Assembly (NCBI GenBank): GCA_023213395.1 | Contig: CM041465.1 | Span: 157,735,741 to 157,799,740, forward strand | Reading direction: 5' to 3' | Length of the DNA: 64,000 nt | Origin: Cycas panzhihuaensis | Lineage: Eukaryota; Plantae; Cycadophyta | The notes under the pieces: model-generated | Database searches by the model: none | What the model was told of the DNA's origin: nothing | The model's input: only the letters and a program-made list of their open reading frames with translations | Shown here: positions 50,052 through 64,000 of the stretch, one piece after another | Layout: each line of letters opens with the position of its first letter | Numbering within the stretch: position 1 is the stretch's first letter | Made by a program: the position numbers and the translations under genes

Positions 50052-53000
50052 ATTTTATCCATAATGGAAAAAGGTATACGCTCCCAGGAATAGGCAATAG
50101 ATCTCACTTTAGATGAGCTAAAAACTAACTTGGGTCAACTTAATTCACAATGAACTTGACTCTGGCACCCTCAGAGCCAAGGGGCTCCCCCCTTGGACCC
50201 CCCCATGGAAGTTGAGGGGGAAAACTACGCTGCCAACCTGTTAAAAATTTTGCCTCCAAAACATTGTTGTTACATTATCTAACAAGAAATGATACCTCAT
50301 CTACTTCTCCAGATCTTCAGGATATTCTTATCAAGCATGAGCAAGTATTCAATGAACCTAAGGGACTTCCCTCTTACTGACCTCAAGATCATACAATCTA
50401 ACTTCTACGTTGAAGTCAACTGCGAAATATTCATCCATATAGGTACCCATATTTTTAAAAATCAGAAATTAAAAATTTAGTAAATGAAATGTTGAAAGTT
50501 GGAGTTATTCGACCAGGCAATAGTTCCTACTCTTCTCCTATACTATTGGTTCAAAAGAAAGATGGCTTTTAACAAATATGTATAGATTTTTGGGCTTTTA
50601 ACAAAGTAACTATAAAAGATAAATTTCTCATTCTAGTTATTGAAGAGCTATTAGATGAGTTATATGGAGCTCATTTTTCCTCACGATTGGACCTCTGATT
50701 TGGTTATTACCAAATTCATCTCAGTCTAGAAGATATTCCAAAGACTGCCTTCTGCACACATGAAGGGCATTATAAATTTTTGGTCATGCTATTTAGACTC
50801 ACAAATGCCCCTTCAACATTCCATGGCTTAATGAATCTCATTTTTCGACCCTACCTCCCCAAATTTGTGTTGGTCTTTTTTGATAACATCTTGGTCTACA
50901 ACAACTCTTGGGCAAACCATTTACAACACCTTGACATGACGTTACAACTTCTCCAAGACAACCACTTGTTTGCAAAATGCTCCAAGTATGCCTTTAAGTA
51001 AACCGAGGTAAAATATTTGAGGCACATTGTGTCCTTTGAAGGAGTTAAAGTTGACCCCAAGAAAATTGAAGGCATGCTCTCTTGGCCAACCCCTACTACT
51101 ATCCAAGGTCTTCATAGATTCTTTGCACTCACTAGATACTATTGAAAGTTTGTGTGTGGATACGAGAAATTGGCAGCACCCCTCATGACCCTATTAAAGA
51201 AGCATGCCTTTCATTAGACACCAATGGAACATGAAGCATTTGATGCCCTCAAACAGACCGTGTGCACTACCTCGATACTTGCCACTCCAAACTTCTCCAA
51301 GCCTTTTGTCATTGAGAGTGATGCTTCAAGCATAGGTATTGGTGTTATCTTAATGCATAATAGGCAATCGTTGGCCTTCACAAGTCATGTAATTTCTGGG
51401 AAAATTCTTTCCAAATCTACTTATGAATAATAAATGATGGCCATCTTGTATGTAGTCACCTGTTGGCAACTTTATCTAATCAGACGACACTTCATCATTA
51501 AGACTGATTATTTAAGTCTTAAGTAACTTTTGGAGCAGCATATATTTACCCCTAAATAACAAAAATGGACCACAAAATTATTAGGGTATGATTACAAAAT
51601 CCAGTACAGAAGGGGCAAAGAAAATGTGGTAGCTGATACTTTATCGCACCGCTTTGAAGAATCAGTCACTCTTTAGGTAGTCTCCTCCCCCATATTAGAT
51701 TGGCTACAAGACATCCAATAGGAGTATAAAGATGATGTAACCACCCAAAATCTCATCCTCGAGATACTCATAGGAGGAACACACTTTCCTAATTACTCAT
51801 AGGATGATCAAACTTTTCATTACAAAGGTTGCATAGTCCTCTTTCCTACCTCTGCCTCTAAATAGACTTTAACGGAACTATATACATCACTAGCGATTGA
51901 ACACTTGGGCTTACTAAAGATTTATGAATAGGTATCTCAGAGCTTTTATTGGTATGGTATGAAGGGAGATATTCAATAGTTTGTTTCAGAATGTGACATT
52001 TATTAACAACATAAAGGGGAAACAATTGCTTCACCCGGCCTACGCCAACTACTACTTATACCCTCCAAACCTTGGGTTGATATATCAATGGGCTTCATTG
52101 AAGGCCTACCTAAATCAGGAGGTAAATCAGTCATTATGGTTATAGTGGATCGCCTCTCGAAGTATGCCCACTTCTTGGTACTATCTCATCCTTATAAAGC
52201 TACCACAGTAGCACAAGTATTCACTTACCAATTTTTTCGTTTGCATGACATGCCTGTATCCATTATCAATGATTGTGATCCCACCTTCACTAGCAAGTTC
52301 TGAGAAGAATTCTTTAAACTATAAGGGACTACACTCAAGATGAGCTCTGCATGTCATCCTCAAACAAATTGATAGACTGAAGTTATTAACAAATTCCTTG
52401 AAACCTATCTCCTATGTTTTGCATCCACTCAGGCATCACAATGGGCATGTTGGTTATTACTGGCAAAATGGTGGTATAATATATCTTTTCATATAGCCAC
52501 GAAGATGACTCCTTATGAGGTTGTATACAAACAACCATCACCTACGTTGTCTTCTTACATTTTGGGCAATACACGAGTCTATGTTGTTAATTCTACTCTT
52601 CATAACTATGAGGAAATCCTCAAAACCCTTCACCATAATCTCCACACGGTGGTGTGTCTCAGGTGGGCCTAAACTAAATATCTCTTAATAAATGGGGTGT
52701 TTCCTTTATTTCAATTGAGACCAAGAGATACAAAGCTTAAGGAAACATAAGTTACCACCTTTTCCCAACTCCTAAGAAGGAGTCTTCACCTAATTGTGTT
52801 GTTTGGTGAGGATATGAATAAGTGAGGCAATGAAAGGCTAGGATGTATGGTGTGGTAGAATTCACTAGCCTACAAAACTGGGTGAAGAAGTTCTAAGTTC
52901 AGAGCTACTCTAACAATAATTTCTATATCCTTCCTAGGGACTCCTATCCTTTGATTCTTTCAAACTTTTGAGTTTTACTTAAATAAAGGGGAAGGGTTAA

Positions 53001-55314
53001 GCGAATGAAAATTATTTGGTTTTCTTTCTTTTTTTGTTTTGTTTTATTTTTTGGGGATGTTTATATTTTTCTTTTAACAAGATGGAATAAAATAAACAAA
53101 GACAATCAATAAAACAATAAGGCCTATCCTACCTTCAACAAGCAAGTAAAGAAAACTAGATGCATGAAATGTATTCTTTTATCTTTTTTCTATCTTAGAA
53201 ATGAAGCACACTAATGCAAATATGAAACTATCTCTTTTAGATGAAATACACACACTTCACTATGAAAAGAAAAGCACCAACATGACATGCAACATAACAA
53301 GTAATTATTTTATACAAGCTTTCAAAGGATTTGATAACATGCGATGCCAATGAAGAGATCTTTATATCACACGCATGTTATTTTTTCTTTAAATGAAGAC
53401 TTTACAATGAAAAGGAGAAATTTCAAAGACATACTATTGCTATTCCAAATAAATTTTTAGACCATTAAAGTTGTATGCAACCAATCATACTCTAATCATA
53501 GCCCTCCTATAAGAAATAAGTCACACAACTTTGAAATTCTATCACAATTGGAACAAAAGGAACTCTAAAGGGATCATCGAACCTCTTATAGTCTAAAAAA
53601 TCAAATATATATTTTATTATCAATTCAAAATTTTCTTTTCAAGGGAGAAAGCAAATTTAAGAGTGAAACCAAATAAGCAATAAAATTAAGACTTCTTTCC
53701 TATTTTAAAATTTTGCCTCAAAATGATTATTTTCTTTTAATTGATCAATTCTCTCTAATCTTTTCCTTTAAAACAAGCAAAAGAAGAAAGACAACAACCA
53801 ACAAGGGCTAAACCATAACCAAATACAAGCTAAGAAGGACAAAAAATTGCTTGAAATTGAGACTATTTTAGTAGAATGGGAAGAGATGGCTATTTGAATG
53901 ATGGAAAGATGACCATGCTCCACCTTAGCCTATCTCTTTTGAACCCCACAAAGGACTGACCTTTCAACCAATATTCTAAGCCAAAAATGAATACAAGATC
54001 ACCATAATAACTAGCAGAAAGAATGAGCAAATTTTGAGCAAGGGACAACCTCTAATAGATAGTGAAATGAGAAGAAATCACATAGGAAGGATCTTACTAG
54101 TTAAGAGAAGTTTTAAGGCTAAAAATCTTGAGAAAAAACCATAAAACTTAAAGAACAAACCATCAAAATTCGAGCATGAGCAGAGCGGCAAGCTTCAACA
54201 TCATAATTTCCTCTTTATTTCACCCAAAAAGCATCATCAAAAGCTAATTTTCAAGTTATAGCAGTAATAGTCTTAAAAAAGTCTTAAAAAACCTCTCAAA
54301 ATCCACACAAAACGTTAAAAAAATTCTTTTTAGATCTTAATGACAGATAACAATACACTATTGATCATTATATGACGTTCAGAGGATAAAATTTCATCAA
54401 ATTTGGGCAGCAACATGCTAAAAACTGGCGCTTGGCTGAGTTTTGCATGCACAATAGTAAAAAACATGACCAATCGTATTTTTGGACCTACCAAAAACGC
54501 GACTTTACTCTAAAAATGTAATTGATCGCATTTTTGGCAACACTAAAAACGCGATAAATGGGTAAGTGAAAATGGGCTCATTAAATGTCAAAAAAATAAC
54601 TTTTAAATATAAATTCAAGTGCAGCTGACTTTATGAATGAGGAAAGAGGCCCAAAACAAGATGAAAATGAGGAGCACAGACCCAAAAAATGATAAAAAAT
54701 ATAAATCATGGGTGAAATTAAGAATAAAACATAAAAATGAAAAGTTTTAAAAGAAACGTTAGATTAAAGTGATCATAAAAAAAAATAATGCCATAAGTCT
54801 CAGTCATCAGTAAGTGATAGCATAATACATATCACATCATTATTTATCATACATCATGAAGCAAAATCAATATATTTTTTCATCAAAACATGGCCTAACT
54901 CATCATAAAACAAGTCTATCATTTATTTCTTTTATGAAGTTATACAAGAAATATATTAGAAGTTATAAATTCAAATTAAAGGCTAAGTTTTGGTCAAACG
55001 TTTTCCCCCTTGACACCTAAAGCTCATACTATAGAAAGAAAGTAGAATGGTGAGAGGTGGTAATGATAAATGTGATAATTCTTTCATCAAATGTGAAGGG
55101 AACCAAATTAAGCATATGAATGATAAGGTGAAGAGGCTCTATGATCCAACTTGAAACAAACTTCCTATGGTAATAAAACCAAAAGAACTCTCACTAATAA
55201 ATCTACCCAAAAGAACTAGGTTTCTGCTACCAAAGGGCCATTATTTACATCTCTTGCCTAAAAGGATTGGGCACCTATTATCATTGAAAACTTACCTAAA
55301 AGGACTAGGTATCC

Positions 55315-55490
55315 ATCACCAAAGAAAAACTATCTAATGCCCATAAACTAGATGGGACTTCACTACCAAAGAAGGACTATCTAATGCTCATAAACTGGAT
55401 GGGGCTTCACTACCAAAGAATGACTATTTAATGCCTACAAATTAGATGAGACTTCACTGCCAAATGCCCATAAACTAGATGGGACTTTAA
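55315..55490. repeat. 47-bp tandem array (~3.5 copies) in G3 3' UTR
   Basis: ccaaa recurs at 55319, 55366, 55413 and 55460. Confidence 0.9.
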
Positions 55491-55569
55491 TGTACAACTA
55501 GTTATAGTTTATCTCTCTTTAACCATGCATCAAAGGAAAATCATTTTGCTAGAGCAAAAAGGATAAATT

Positions 55570-56065
55570 ATCATAGTTTTGAAGCTCATTAACAGGTGAC
55601 TTTTTGGAGTAATCCATCATAGTTTAGCCTTATTAACTAGGTAAGGGCTTTAAAAGGTTGATTATCATAGTTTAGCCTCATTAACAATTAAATTCAGAGG
55701 GTTCCTTATCATATTTTAAGCTCATTAATAGGTAGAAGGGACTTAGAGTGACGTTCTGTCATAATTTAAGCTCTTTAACAAGTGAAAGAAATTTAGAGCT
55801 TAATACTGTCATAATTTAGGCTCTTTAACAAGTGAAAGAAAGCTCAAAGCATGATATTATTTCATAGTTTAAACTCTTTAATAGATGAAATGAATTCAAA
55901 GCTTAATATTGTCATAGTTTAGGCTCTTTAACAGGTGAAAAGAGACTCAGAACGTGATATTTTATCATAGTTTAAGCTCTTTAATAAATGAAAGGAATTC
56001 AGAGCTTAATACTATCATAATTTAGGCTCCTTAACAGGCGAAAGAAAGCTTAAATCATGATATCT
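55570..56065. repeat. ~50-bp tandem array (10 copies) in G3 3' UTR
   Basis: tcata.ttta.gctc.ttaa starts at 55571, 55617, 55665, 55709, 55759, 55809, 55862, 55912, 55965 and 56015. Confidence 0.9.
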
Positions 56066-56779
56066 TAGAGACCAACATAAAGATCCATATAAAAAGAGTG
56101 AACATGGGGTGATGGATTGTGCCTCCAAAAGAAAACAAGCTCCATGGGAAGGTAAACATATCCCAAGAAGGATAATTTAGGCTATCAAGATGAAAATGAA
56201 TAGTTTTTTGTACCTCAAAGTGATTTTTCATGATAATAACAATTGAAAAGAAGTAATATTCTCTTTGACAGGTTTTATGGATGCTAAAGAAATTTATGCC
56301 TTAGAAAAAAAAGAGAAAAGCCCCTCCCCTTTATTAGGAAAATTGATAAGAAATAGATTTCATTTGTACAAGAGAGAGGAGGAAAGACAAGCTACCTAGA
56401 GGTTTTTTCTCTCATTTTTTAGGCAATCAGGAGCTCATTCTGACAGACAACTAGCTCTAGGAGATCATCATCAGCAGTATAGAGCAAAGAGCTAGATATC
56501 CGATGAGTTAGATGTATCATTTTTAATTTTTTGAGTTTTTTGTCCAAAAACATAGTAATATAGTACGAAAAACACAAGCACTATACTAAAAATGCGATTA
56601 ACTAGTGAAAAGTGTAATAACATAGACAAAAACACAACTTTGTGATTTAGGATGGTTAGAGAAAATCAAGTTTTTTATTGTGAAGTTATATTTTTCGATT
56701 GTAAAGTCACGTTTTTAGTTGCAAGGTCACACTTTTGAACTTTTCTTAAGGAAATCTTAAAAATTAAAATTTTTAAAAT

Positions 56780-57700
56780 GAAATCAAGGAACTAACATGA
56801 TCTTTATGATATGATACAAGCCCTAGATAGAGTAGAGACACAAGAGAATGAGGGAATGGCCATCGAGGAGCTAGTTAGCCAGCTAGATGAGGTAGGATGG
56901 GTAATTTTGAGAGCGTGTGGACTCTCACTGGCAAGCAGATCAACCTAACTAGTGATGGAGCACAAGATATTACATGACTTCATCAATTGTTGGATCCTAA
57001 GACATAATATCTTCGGAGTATGAGTCATCAGAGAGATTGAGATTACTCTGAGAGATGTAGGGAGGATACTAGAAGTGAGTTGGCATGGTGAGTGAGTGAG
57101 ACTCATTGGGGTGATAAATAAAGAGTCCCAAATGGCATATAGTAAGTACCTGATAGGCTTTGTTGATCAGATTGGCCATCACAGGATATCAGTGGAGACT
57201 ATACAGATGACATGAGATATTCCTATGGTTAGGAGGATTATTACTCTGATTATTATTTACAGGATAATTAGAACCTATGATTTCATGGGGGTTCCAATTC
57301 AGTGGACAGGTATGGTGAGGAGGTATGAGTAGGCGATCCATATTAACTAGGGGAAGTACATAGTAGACAACATATACCACCAGTTATCGAGGATTAGGAG
57401 GATGGGGAGGGGAGGATTCTCATATAGCTTGATATTAATGTGTTGGCTATACAACCACATTCCGCTAATAACGCCAAAAGGAGCACTAAGGGAGCTAATT
57501 GTTATGGATCTAGGGATGAACAAGTGATGCATGAGGTTGAGAATCTATAACAGGCCAACTATCGTGGCTAGGAGTATACATAGTCCTCTCCTTATCAAGA
57601 TGACAAGGAAATAACTCATGGAGGATGTGTATGTAGGGCTACCACTATGGAGCAATGACTAGATAGATGTTGCAGAGAGAGGAACATCAAAGGAGGTTCT
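56780..57700 (+). pseudogene. Plant mobile domain (PMD/MAIN-like) ORF, antisense within G3
   Basis: LRACGL; ILHDFINCW..HNIF..EIEITLRDVGRILEVSWHG; N*GKYIVDNIYHQL; GFSYSLILMCWLYNHIP. These match PMD motifs in order. Confidence 0.8.
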
Positions 57701-60700
57701 TGTCGCTAGTCAAGGAAGAGGTAGAGGACGGGATGGAGGAAGATGAGGTGGGAGAGATGGTAGAGGTGGTAGTGAGACAAGATGAGGTGAAAGCAGAGGT
57801 GCCTCAACTAGCAGAGGAGGAGGAGGGAATTGTCTTGTACTCAAGAGAGTGAATAGAGCACCGGGTGAGGGTAGAGGAGGCTCTATACAGAGTATGGAGC
57901 TAGGCCTAGCTAACAAACGGGGTAAAGAATGAGGAAGCAAGGCAAGAGAGGGTGAACCTACCAAGAAGGGTCCTTATGAGGCACAGGGAGAGGAAGTACC
58001 ATCAGTTGAGAAGGCAATGGGAGCAGAGCTAATAGGAGAGGATGAGTCATCAGGTATATCATTTAATTGATTTCTCTCATATCAAATTATATTTCTTTTT
58101 CACTCATGATTTTTTATTCTAGTAGACTGATCATGGGTTACATGATTTGATTGGACAAGTGACAAGGTTATGACTTTGAGAAATATATGGAGGACACTAG
58201 AGTTGATATTCACCTATGTTCCTACAGTAGAGAAGGTGCTAGCATGGAACATAGTGGATCATACCCTACTAGGATAACGTATTGGCTACTTCAGCTATGT
58301 TCTTCAAGCCCAAGATCTATGCATGGATATGAGAGCAGAGCTAAGGATGCAAGAGCTAAAGCTTAAAGTAGTCGAGGATGAGAGACTACATCTATGTAGG
58401 ATGTCATTGGCTCAGGTGGGAGCACAATTTACTCCATCAAGGAGTACTACGATATAGTAGGGGTGATATCACCTTCCACCTCATGGAGAGTCCATACATG
58501 GGGAGACTTCAAGTAGAAGGGAGAGGGCAAATCCAAGTGTTCCAGAGGGATCTCATTAGGAATCATAGAGATAAGTGTATTTTGTATTGTATAGGGAGAT
58601 GGGAGGGAGATGAGAGGCATTTTGTGAGCCTCGGTTATGTACCACAAGTCACATGGGTGATATATGTATCATATCTTTTGTTATATATATATATATAGCA
58701 CTTTCTCTTACAAACTTGTGTATGAATGATTGATTCTAAACCCTTTTTGCCCCCTTATTTCCCTTTCTATGAATTAAATATAAGATACATTTATTAGCAT
58801 AATAGTCCAAAGAAATATGTCATAATTTTATCATTTTCTCTTCTCTTTTTTCTTAGTCTTTTGTAGGTTATATATTTTTTTGGAATTTTTATTGTAATAT
58901 GTACATGGTAGTTTATACTCATTCTAGAGTGAGGCGATTTTGAAAAGAAAAAGATCACAAGAAGGAGTGAAGAATAGAAGACAAACAAAAGATAAAAGAG
59001 AATAAGTGAAAGCTTTACTTATTCCATTTTCATAAACATAAAACCATCTAAAACAAATGATAATAAGTTTATAAAGATAGAAGATGGAATGATATGAATC
59101 TCTCGAGAGAAATATAACTCTTATCATACTCTTGATAGATTATATAATCGTAGAATAAAATCTACATTTATATAATATATCATAAAGAAAACATATTGTT
59201 ACCAAATAAAAAATTAATCTCACTTAATAAACAAGTAGTCATCTGAGTATACTAGATTTCTCATTGGCTCCTTCTAGGGACAAGAAGCTTTTAAGATCCT
59301 GCCCTCTGCCAAGATCCTCCATAACCCAAGATTCTCACGTGGGTCTATCCCTTTCAAATACTTCATTTCACTCTTCCACTTATCGTTTTAATCTTCAAAG
59401 TGCTTAAATCTTTATCTTTCCAAACCCACAGTTTATACTCGTTATGGAGTAGTAGTTTATACTCATTCTGGAGTGGTAGTTTATATTCATTCCAGAGTGA
59501 GGTGCCCCTAGCCAAAAAGGTAAAAGTCAACGGAAATGATCATCCAAGATAGAGGAAACAAGAGTACCAGCTTCAACATTAAGAGACCAAGGGATATACT
59601 GGATGGTAACTAAAGAGAAAATGGACAATAATGATGAAGCTTGATAACAGAGGAGAAGGAGTCATAGCAAGTAAACATGATATATCTCAACTAACTGATG
59701 GACTACAACCTGAGAGTCAGAATATATAATAATGGGTCTAAGGTAAAAGTGAGAAATATCAGATAAGGCTCCTATAATAGTAAGATACTCAGCTTCATTA
59801 TTAGTTGCCCTAGGTATAAAAGATCATGTGGAAAGGAGAGGGCTTCCTAATTGATCATAAATCACCCAAACAGAAGCAGACGGTCATAGGTTATCCCTAC
59901 TACATCTATCAGTGAATACACTCAATGTCATGGGAAAAATAAGATCAAAGTTTAGAGATGGTGTGATCAACAAAGGAAGGTGCGAGAACTAATCAATAAG
60001 GAGACATTATGAATGAAACTAATTTTGACTATGGTAAAGAAAAAGAGGAATCATAATTAGAATGATCATGAGCAATACTAACAAGGGTGTTAAGTAGGAT
60101 TTGATCATAACTGAGGCCATGATGAACCCAAGTAACTAGATCTAAAAATCCTAAATGACTCATCCAAATGAGCTCAACCTACAGATAGATAGGTGGAGAT
60201 GAAGTTGTTGTGCAATTTGCCCTATATTACAAGAGGATGATAATAATACTTTCTTTACTTATATTTCTTTTACTTTACTTTTTTTCCTTTCTCTTTTTTT
60301 TTTATTGCTTTCACTTTTCACTTTTTTTTTTTTTATTTTATAAAAAGAGAATCATAATTATCCAACTATGAAATTTTTTTACCCAACATAACAGGGATTT
60401 ATCCTTTTTAACATAATTTAGAATGAAAGAGACCAATCTCCTTAAGGATCGAACCGCAAGAAAAGAGGAGATCAAGATCAGAATAAGTATTCACTTTAAA
60501 AGATAGATAGAGTGAACTAAGGATGATAAAAATAATTAAAAGAAAGTAAAAAGTGATGTATGATTAAAAAAGAATCCTCAAGGTGAGGTACTAACAAATG
60601 AAAGTATAATCTTAACCAATAACCAAGTATTTGAAGCTGACGGAAGTGTTTCTCTTTCGAGGATAAAAATATAATAAAGTTGAGGACCCAAATTCTCCCT

Positions 60701-63700
60701 TGAATGTAGAACTCAAAAGAGAATAAGATCCAAGTAACATAGTAAAGTACTCACAATCAATATAGATGCTAGAAAGAGTAAAGGGCTTATATGATCATGA
60801 GTAGGATCCTTGAAGAAAGCAAAATAGAACTCACAAGAAAGCAAGAAAATACCAAAAAAGAAAGATTGTCCATAGTTTTAGCTCATTAGACAAAGAAAAA
60901 GATTTGGAGTCGTAGTTTATTCTCATTGTGGAGGTGATGGATGCATGCTACCAGGTATAAAACTTTCTTAGATACTAAGAATTAACAAGCCTTTTAAATT
61001 CTAATCCTTCCAATGTTAAAATTTGATAAGTCCTGTTACTCAAATCTTTAATTACTAAAAAATGATCTATCCATTTGGAAGAAAACTTATGTTGTTTATT
61101 ATGCAAATACTCTAACTTTAATACCTTATCACTGACGTTGAACCTCTTGGTTCTAAACTTCCTATCATGAGCAGCCTTCTCATCTAATTTCTCTAGTTCC
61201 AAGAGACGTGCTTCTCTTTGAAATTCTTCGTCAATAAACTCCTTCAATGAGACATGTAAAGAGGGGATCTCAACCTCTAACGAGAGGACAACCTCGACAC
61301 TATAAACAAGAGAAAATTGTGTCATGCTAATGGAGGTTCTATAGGCCCATGTTGCTAGAAATAATTGAGCATGCCAATCCTTATGAGATGTAGTAACTGC
61401 CTTAGCTAAAATCTTAGTTAAGATCTTATTAAAAGCTTCCACCTGACCATTTGTCTAAGGGTGATAAGGGGTGGACAACTTATGAGTGATATGGAACTTA
61501 TTACATAGTTCATCGACATGGGGGTTGCAAAATAAAGCTCCATTATCAGTAATAATAATGTCTGGCACCTTAAATCTACAAATGATATGTTGGAATATAA
61601 ACATGGCAATAAGCTTTCTAGTGGTAGTAACTAAGAGGATAGTGTTGCTCTATTTCGTAAAGTATTCAGTTGTAGTTATGATAAACTTATGCCCATTAGA
61701 TGATGTTGGAAAAATTTGGCCAATAAGATCGAGACCCCATTGGGAAAAAGGTTAAGGTGAAACTATTGACTTCATTTCCTGTGCAGGCTTATGTATCAAC
61801 CTTACATGGGATTGTCATTTTTGGTATTTTTGGACATAAGAATGAGCGTCTTTGAATAAGGTGGGCCAATAATAGCCCATATGAAGAATACTTTGGGCCA
61901 TCGATTGACCGCCAGAATGTCTTCCACATATTCCTTCATAGGATTCTATTAAGGCAACTAGTGTTTCATCAGGAGAGAGGCATCTTAATAGGATTCCATC
62001 CAAAAAACATTTATAGAGTACGTTGTCAAGCAAAAGGTATTGCCTAACAGCAACTTGAATTCATCTTCTCTACTTTGAAGTAGCAAGAGAAGGGAAAGAT
62101 TGATCGTATAGGTATGATCTAATCTCTCCATACCATGGATCATCAGAAAGGACGACCTGGATATAGAGGATGTGTTCATCTAGAAGAGAATCATCAATAG
62201 GTTGGATAGAAAGATTAGGGAGAGGAGCATCAACCATGATCTTCGGGATGATCATTCCTTTCTTAGATTTCCTATTAACCACTTGTAAATCAAACTTTTG
62301 AAGCAATGAAGACCATTTACCTAATTGTCCAGTAAGATTAGATTTAGTAAGTATTTTAAAGGACCTAACTGAATAATAAGGTGGACCTTATTTCCAAGGA
62401 GATAGTGCCGTAACTTCTTGGTAGCAAAAATCAAAGCAAGACACTCTTTTTTAGGAAAAGGATAATGAAGCTCAGTAACCACTAAGGTCCTACTAATAGA
62501 ATAGATAGCTTGTTCTTTATCAAAGTCATCCTCTTGTGTTAGCATTTCTGTTAATGATTCATTTGTAGTTGAAGTCTACAAAATGAATGGTTTATCAAAT
62601 CTTAGTAGAGCAAGAATAGGTGCCAAAACTAAGGCTTGCTTCAGCTTATTAAGGACTCTTAAACCTGAGGAGTCCATCATAACTCAACATCTTTCTTCAA
62701 AAGATTCATGATAGGCTTAGCATCTAAGGCAAAATTAGTGATAAAACGCCTTAAGAAACCAAGCCTACCTAGAAAAGATTTAATCTGCTTTTGGCTCTTA
62801 GGGGGAGATATATTAATAATTGCCTTCATCTTATCGGGATTAATTCTAATCCCATTGTGAAAAACAATGTTTCCTAACATCTTTTTTGACGTAACGGTAA
62901 AAACACATTTAGAGGGATTAAGGCATAAGTAATACTTCTTACACCTTTCAAAAATCATTCTAAGGTTACAGAGATGATCGTATCTTCTATGAGAAAGAGC
63001 AATCATATTGTCTAAATATACAATAATGATGTTACCAATTAAATCATAAAAAATATATATCATAGCTCTTTGATATATTGCACTAATATTCTTCAACTCA
63101 AATGACATGACTTTATATACAAAGGTGCCCCAAGGAGTGGTGAAAGCAGTCTTATGATGGTCATGAGGTGAAATAGAGATCTGATTATATCCTAAAAAGC
63201 CATCCATAAGAGACATCACCTTAAAACTGACTGTCAGATCCTAAATCTGATCAAGAATAGGGAGAGGAAAGTTGTCTTTAGGGCAGGCCTCATTAATATC
63301 ATGAAAGTTGACGCAAATTCAAATCGAACCATTTTTTTTTGCTACAGGAATTATATTAGAGACTCATTGAGAATAATCGACACTCTTAATGAATCCAGCT
63401 CCTAACATCTTCTCTACCTCTTGTTTAATGGTAAGGGAGAGACACAGATGGATATGGTGTTATTTTTTTCGCTCAAGTTTGACTCCAGTAGTTACTATAA
63501 TATTGTGTTTGATGACTTAGGGATCAAGGCCATACATATCCTTATAATCCTAAGCAAAAACTGAGTGAAATTCATGAAAGAGATCCTTAAATTGAGCAAT
63601 CTCTTGGGGAGTATAACTAGCTCCCAACTTGATAATTCTAAGGGTATCTCACATCTCTAGGTCTACATCGATAGTTTGCTCCATAAGCATCGCATTTCCC

Positions 63701-64000
63701 TCTTCAAAATAAGGAGGTGTAGGCTCTATTAAGGAAACTGACTCTTGAGGTTGGGAATGATTAACTAGTGGTGAATGAGATTGTATTACCTTTGGGAAAC
63801 CCAACATATGATGTCTATCAGGAAGCCTAGTAGATGAACCTACCAGATGTTCTAAAATCACCTCATCATTCTCAAAGTGGTCTATGTGGAAGAGATTAAT
63901 GAGGAGATTTCTAGGTAGGTTAGTAGACAAAAAGAGAGGCCTAAAACATGAAAGAGAATCAACCAAAGAGTTTGGATAAGTGGGAACAAACTCAATGATT

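Larger units (their letters stand above)
48762..52652 (+). mobile_element. G2: chromovirus-like (Reina/Tekay-type) Gypsy, most of gag-PR deleted, 3' end cut by G3
   Basis: LTR-like 48762-49098 ending CTACA plus degenerate PBS; RT LTNAPSTF..FFDNIL; RH FVIESDAS; INT GLPKSGGKSVIMVIVDRLSKYAHF. Confidence 0.85.
52653..64000 (-). mobile_element. G3: Tat-clade Gypsy (TatII-like aRH-RT-RH-INT), running off the window
   Basis: RT DGFLGYNQ..KTAFTTPWG..YLDN (62677-63600); RH KECLALIFATKKLRHY; INT 60960-62150; PPT (rc) ttttccccct at 55001; long LTR ~52653-55000. Confidence 0.85.

Noticed and set aside
55315-56065. CRISPR-like regularly spaced repeats
   Set aside because: The inter-core sequences are homologous to each other rather than unique spacers; eukaryotic TE context with no cas genes.

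Overview
A TE-dominated plant nuclear region, probably gymnosperm-type. That is inferred from a Tat element with aRH upstream of RT and an apparent >35 kb intron. The only host gene I can recognise is the last three coding exons of 20S proteasome alpha-5 (35122-35698, +). Its preceding exon is not found in the window, so 1-35121 is probably one giant intron. That interval holds nested LTR retrotransposons. An old minus-strand Copia (A) is interrupted by a non-chromovirus Gypsy (G1, 3085-13661), a plus-strand Copia (B, 15060-20776) and another LTR. A pol-less Gypsy-derived element (D, 21465-32446) carries a young Copia (C, 24664-31612), and a hAT remnant follows. Downstream of the gene lie an L1-type LINE interrupted by a pol-less LTR element (E), a related fragment (F), a deleted chromovirus-like Gypsy (G2) and a TatII-like Gypsy (G3) with an antisense plant-mobile-domain ORF and tandem arrays. 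Top observations: (1) a ~330-nt collinear, hairpin-conserved module shared by the 5' leaders of a Copia (B) and a Gypsy (G2), a candidate cis-acting structured RNA exchanged between superfamilies; (2) two extra Gag capsid-like domains, behind a fossil LTR-end/PBS, between protease and RT of G1; (3) Copia B flanked by a 107-bp duplication with microhomology instead of a 5-bp TSD. All alignments and folds were done by eye; no database searches were run.
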